From positions 124,001 through 188,000 of the forward strand of contig CBFDEM010000001.1 of assembly GCA_965603825.1 (NCBI GenBank): a stretch of DNA of 64,000 nt. The letters run 5' to 3'. Positions within the stretch are counted from its first letter, which is position 1. Each line of letters opens with the position of its first letter. This DNA is from Blepharisma stoltei ATCC 30299. Lineage: Eukaryota > Protista > Ciliophora. Made by a program: the position numbers and the translations under genes. The notes under the pieces were generated by a model. The model saw only the letters and a program-made list of their open reading frames with translations. It did no database searches and was not told where the DNA came from. Shown here in pieces: positions 62,246-64,000 of this stretch.

Positions 62246-64000
62246 CTAGAGATTTAACCTTGATGAAGAATTTGGAGCATAGCTATTAAAAGCATTATTT
62301 CTTGCAACTTCTTTTCTTATTTTATTGATGTCGGCTGCTGAAACATGGCTTCCCATTAAAAATTTGAAAAATATTGTAATGTCTGCTCCTTTGTCAGTAA
62401 TTAGTAAACTTGGAAGCCATTTGCATTGAACTATTATCCCAGCTATTATTAAGATAAGCCAGAGTGAATATTGCATCATACGCCATAATAGTAGTGAATC
62501 AAATTTTATGAGTCAATAAAGAGATGATAAAATAAAATTCCACGAAATTGCTAAATATGACATGATCTGCCAAAGATTCATCCTGCTATAATTGTAAGAG
62601 TTTTGCTTTAAGCTAATTACAATTAAGATAAGTAGAAGGATAATGCAGCAAAGCCCATGCAGAGATTCATTATAAATTTTTATTGTCTTATTAATAGAAA
62701 CTATGATTACTTGAAAAATAGACTTTTCTACAATAAAAAGAGGATTTGTTTTTATATTGATATGATCATTAACATTCTCGTAATATTCCCGAAAATAAAT
62801 TGTCAAAGGGATATAAGTGGCTAAAAAAATTATTGAAAGAGCTCCTCATATAGAGTATTTTTGGGTTCAGCAATATGTTGTACAATCATTTTTTATAAAA
62901 GAATCAGTAATGCTCGAGCCTATTCCTTTATCACATTGAAAAATGCTTAAAAGGACGGAAATCATTGGCACAAATAACAAATCTCCAATTATAGGTAGCA
63001 AAAGTAAAGATATTTTTCTAGCATGTCTCAACATCCAGTTATCACATATTTTCAGTTTAAATATTAAAATAAAAGCTGAAAATATTCAAAAGCAAGCAAT
63101 AATCATTGCAGAATATAAATAAATTCAGTAATTATCTCCTGAAACTGAAGAATCAAAATGAATAAGTGAATAGCCACAAGCTTTTGATAATCACATATAT
63201 AAATCACTTATGTCTGGCCCTTGAGATATAAATTGGAAAAAATCAGCAGCCATAATTCCCATAAGAATATAGTCCTCAAAATGTATATGGGCAGCTGTGG
63301 TCAATTGTTTTATCTTGATATTTTTTCAAAACTTTTTTCATATAGCAAATGCTGTAATGATTGTAAAAGCTACCACTGCAGCTGATATTCCATATAGTAT
63401 TTTAGCGCCGCTATTTGAATTAAAAATTTTGCTTTTAGGAAATGGGCAATCATTCTCATACACTATTGTGTCTGTAGGAATTACAGTTGTGTTATCATAT
63501 CACAAAATGCTCTTATATAAAGTAATCAATTGCGCACTATTAATGTCATATTGACCTACAAGTTCCTCATATAGAGATTGAATTCTCTCGTCCCATCTCA
63601 AGCTATATATGCCTAGAGTTGGAAAACTTCTCTGATTACCTCCAGACTCAATAGAAACAATCCCAGAACAGCCTAAAAACTTTTGTTTCCTCAGGTTGCT
63701 ATTTAGCACTTTATAATTCTTAACATTCTCACCTTGCTTTATTGTAAACTCAATTCCATTTAAAAGTAGCATTGCAGCATCAAAAGCCCAGCAGCCAAAA
63801 TCTCTATGATTTCCATACTTCTTTACAAAACCATTTTTAACCGTTTCCCCATATTCTCCAATCCATTCAGTTTGTGCTACAACAATTCCTCCATACGAGA
63901 GCTCCAAAAGCTTTCTTCTTTGCTCAATGTCAGTTTCTAATGATAATCCATATGCAAGCTTATTGCTAGATAAAAAAATTGTATCCCCTTGTCTTAATCC
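62246..64000 (-). CDS. Receptor array copy M (3' half; 5' end outside the window)
   Basis: ORFs 63500-63907, 62513-62806 and 62246-62479 share a frame; close paralog of K/L. Ends at TAG two codons before the paralogous TAA. Confidence 0.8.

Noticed and set aside
6402-63554. Plus-strand ORFs overlapping receptor genes (e.g. 7804-8067, 8146-8412, 12333-12593, 22227-22520, 51593-51829, 63297-63554)
   Set aside because: Antisense shadows of the minus-strand genes. They recur only because the underlying genes are paralogous.
1914-64000. Reading the many short ORFs as a field of pseudogenes or as multi-exon genes
   Set aside because: The pieces share one frame per gene and are separated by single TGA codons at Trp columns. 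Recoding explains them without introns.
1-64000. rRNA/tRNA genes, CRISPR arrays, telomeric repeats, transposase ORFs
   Set aside because: None recognisable: no CCCTAACA-type tracts, no repeat-spacer periodicity, no DDE-like ORF seen by eye.

Overview
AT-rich eukaryotic DNA that reads as a heterotrich ciliate (Blepharisma-like). TGA encodes Trp, TAA/TAG are the stops, and the introns found are 15 nt. The standard-code ORF track therefore cuts every gene into pieces. Re-read with TGA=Trp, about 40 kb is a minus-strand tandem array of 13 paralogous membrane-receptor genes, A-M: 11 span a complete gene (~1130-1190 aa), one is a 3' fragment and one is cut by the window edge. The shared layout is signal peptide, two tandem Venus-flytrap (ANF-receptor/PBP type I) modules, and a ~9-helix membrane module that does not look like the class C GPCR 7TM. 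Eight complete copies keep one frame end to end (A, D, E, F, G, H, J, K, plus L makes nine counting J's in-frame insert; M also as far as visible). Three copies (B, C, I) carry direct-repeat-bounded IES/MITE-like insertions (382, 177, 208 bp) plus independent frameshifts. Interleaved are a ~7.5-kb LNR + beta-helix (PMP-like) + multi-TM gene with several lesions, a rearranged LNR remnant, and a Zn-finger/coiled-coil/Kelch-like gene at the left edge. All calls come from manual reading and paralog comparison; no database search was run.
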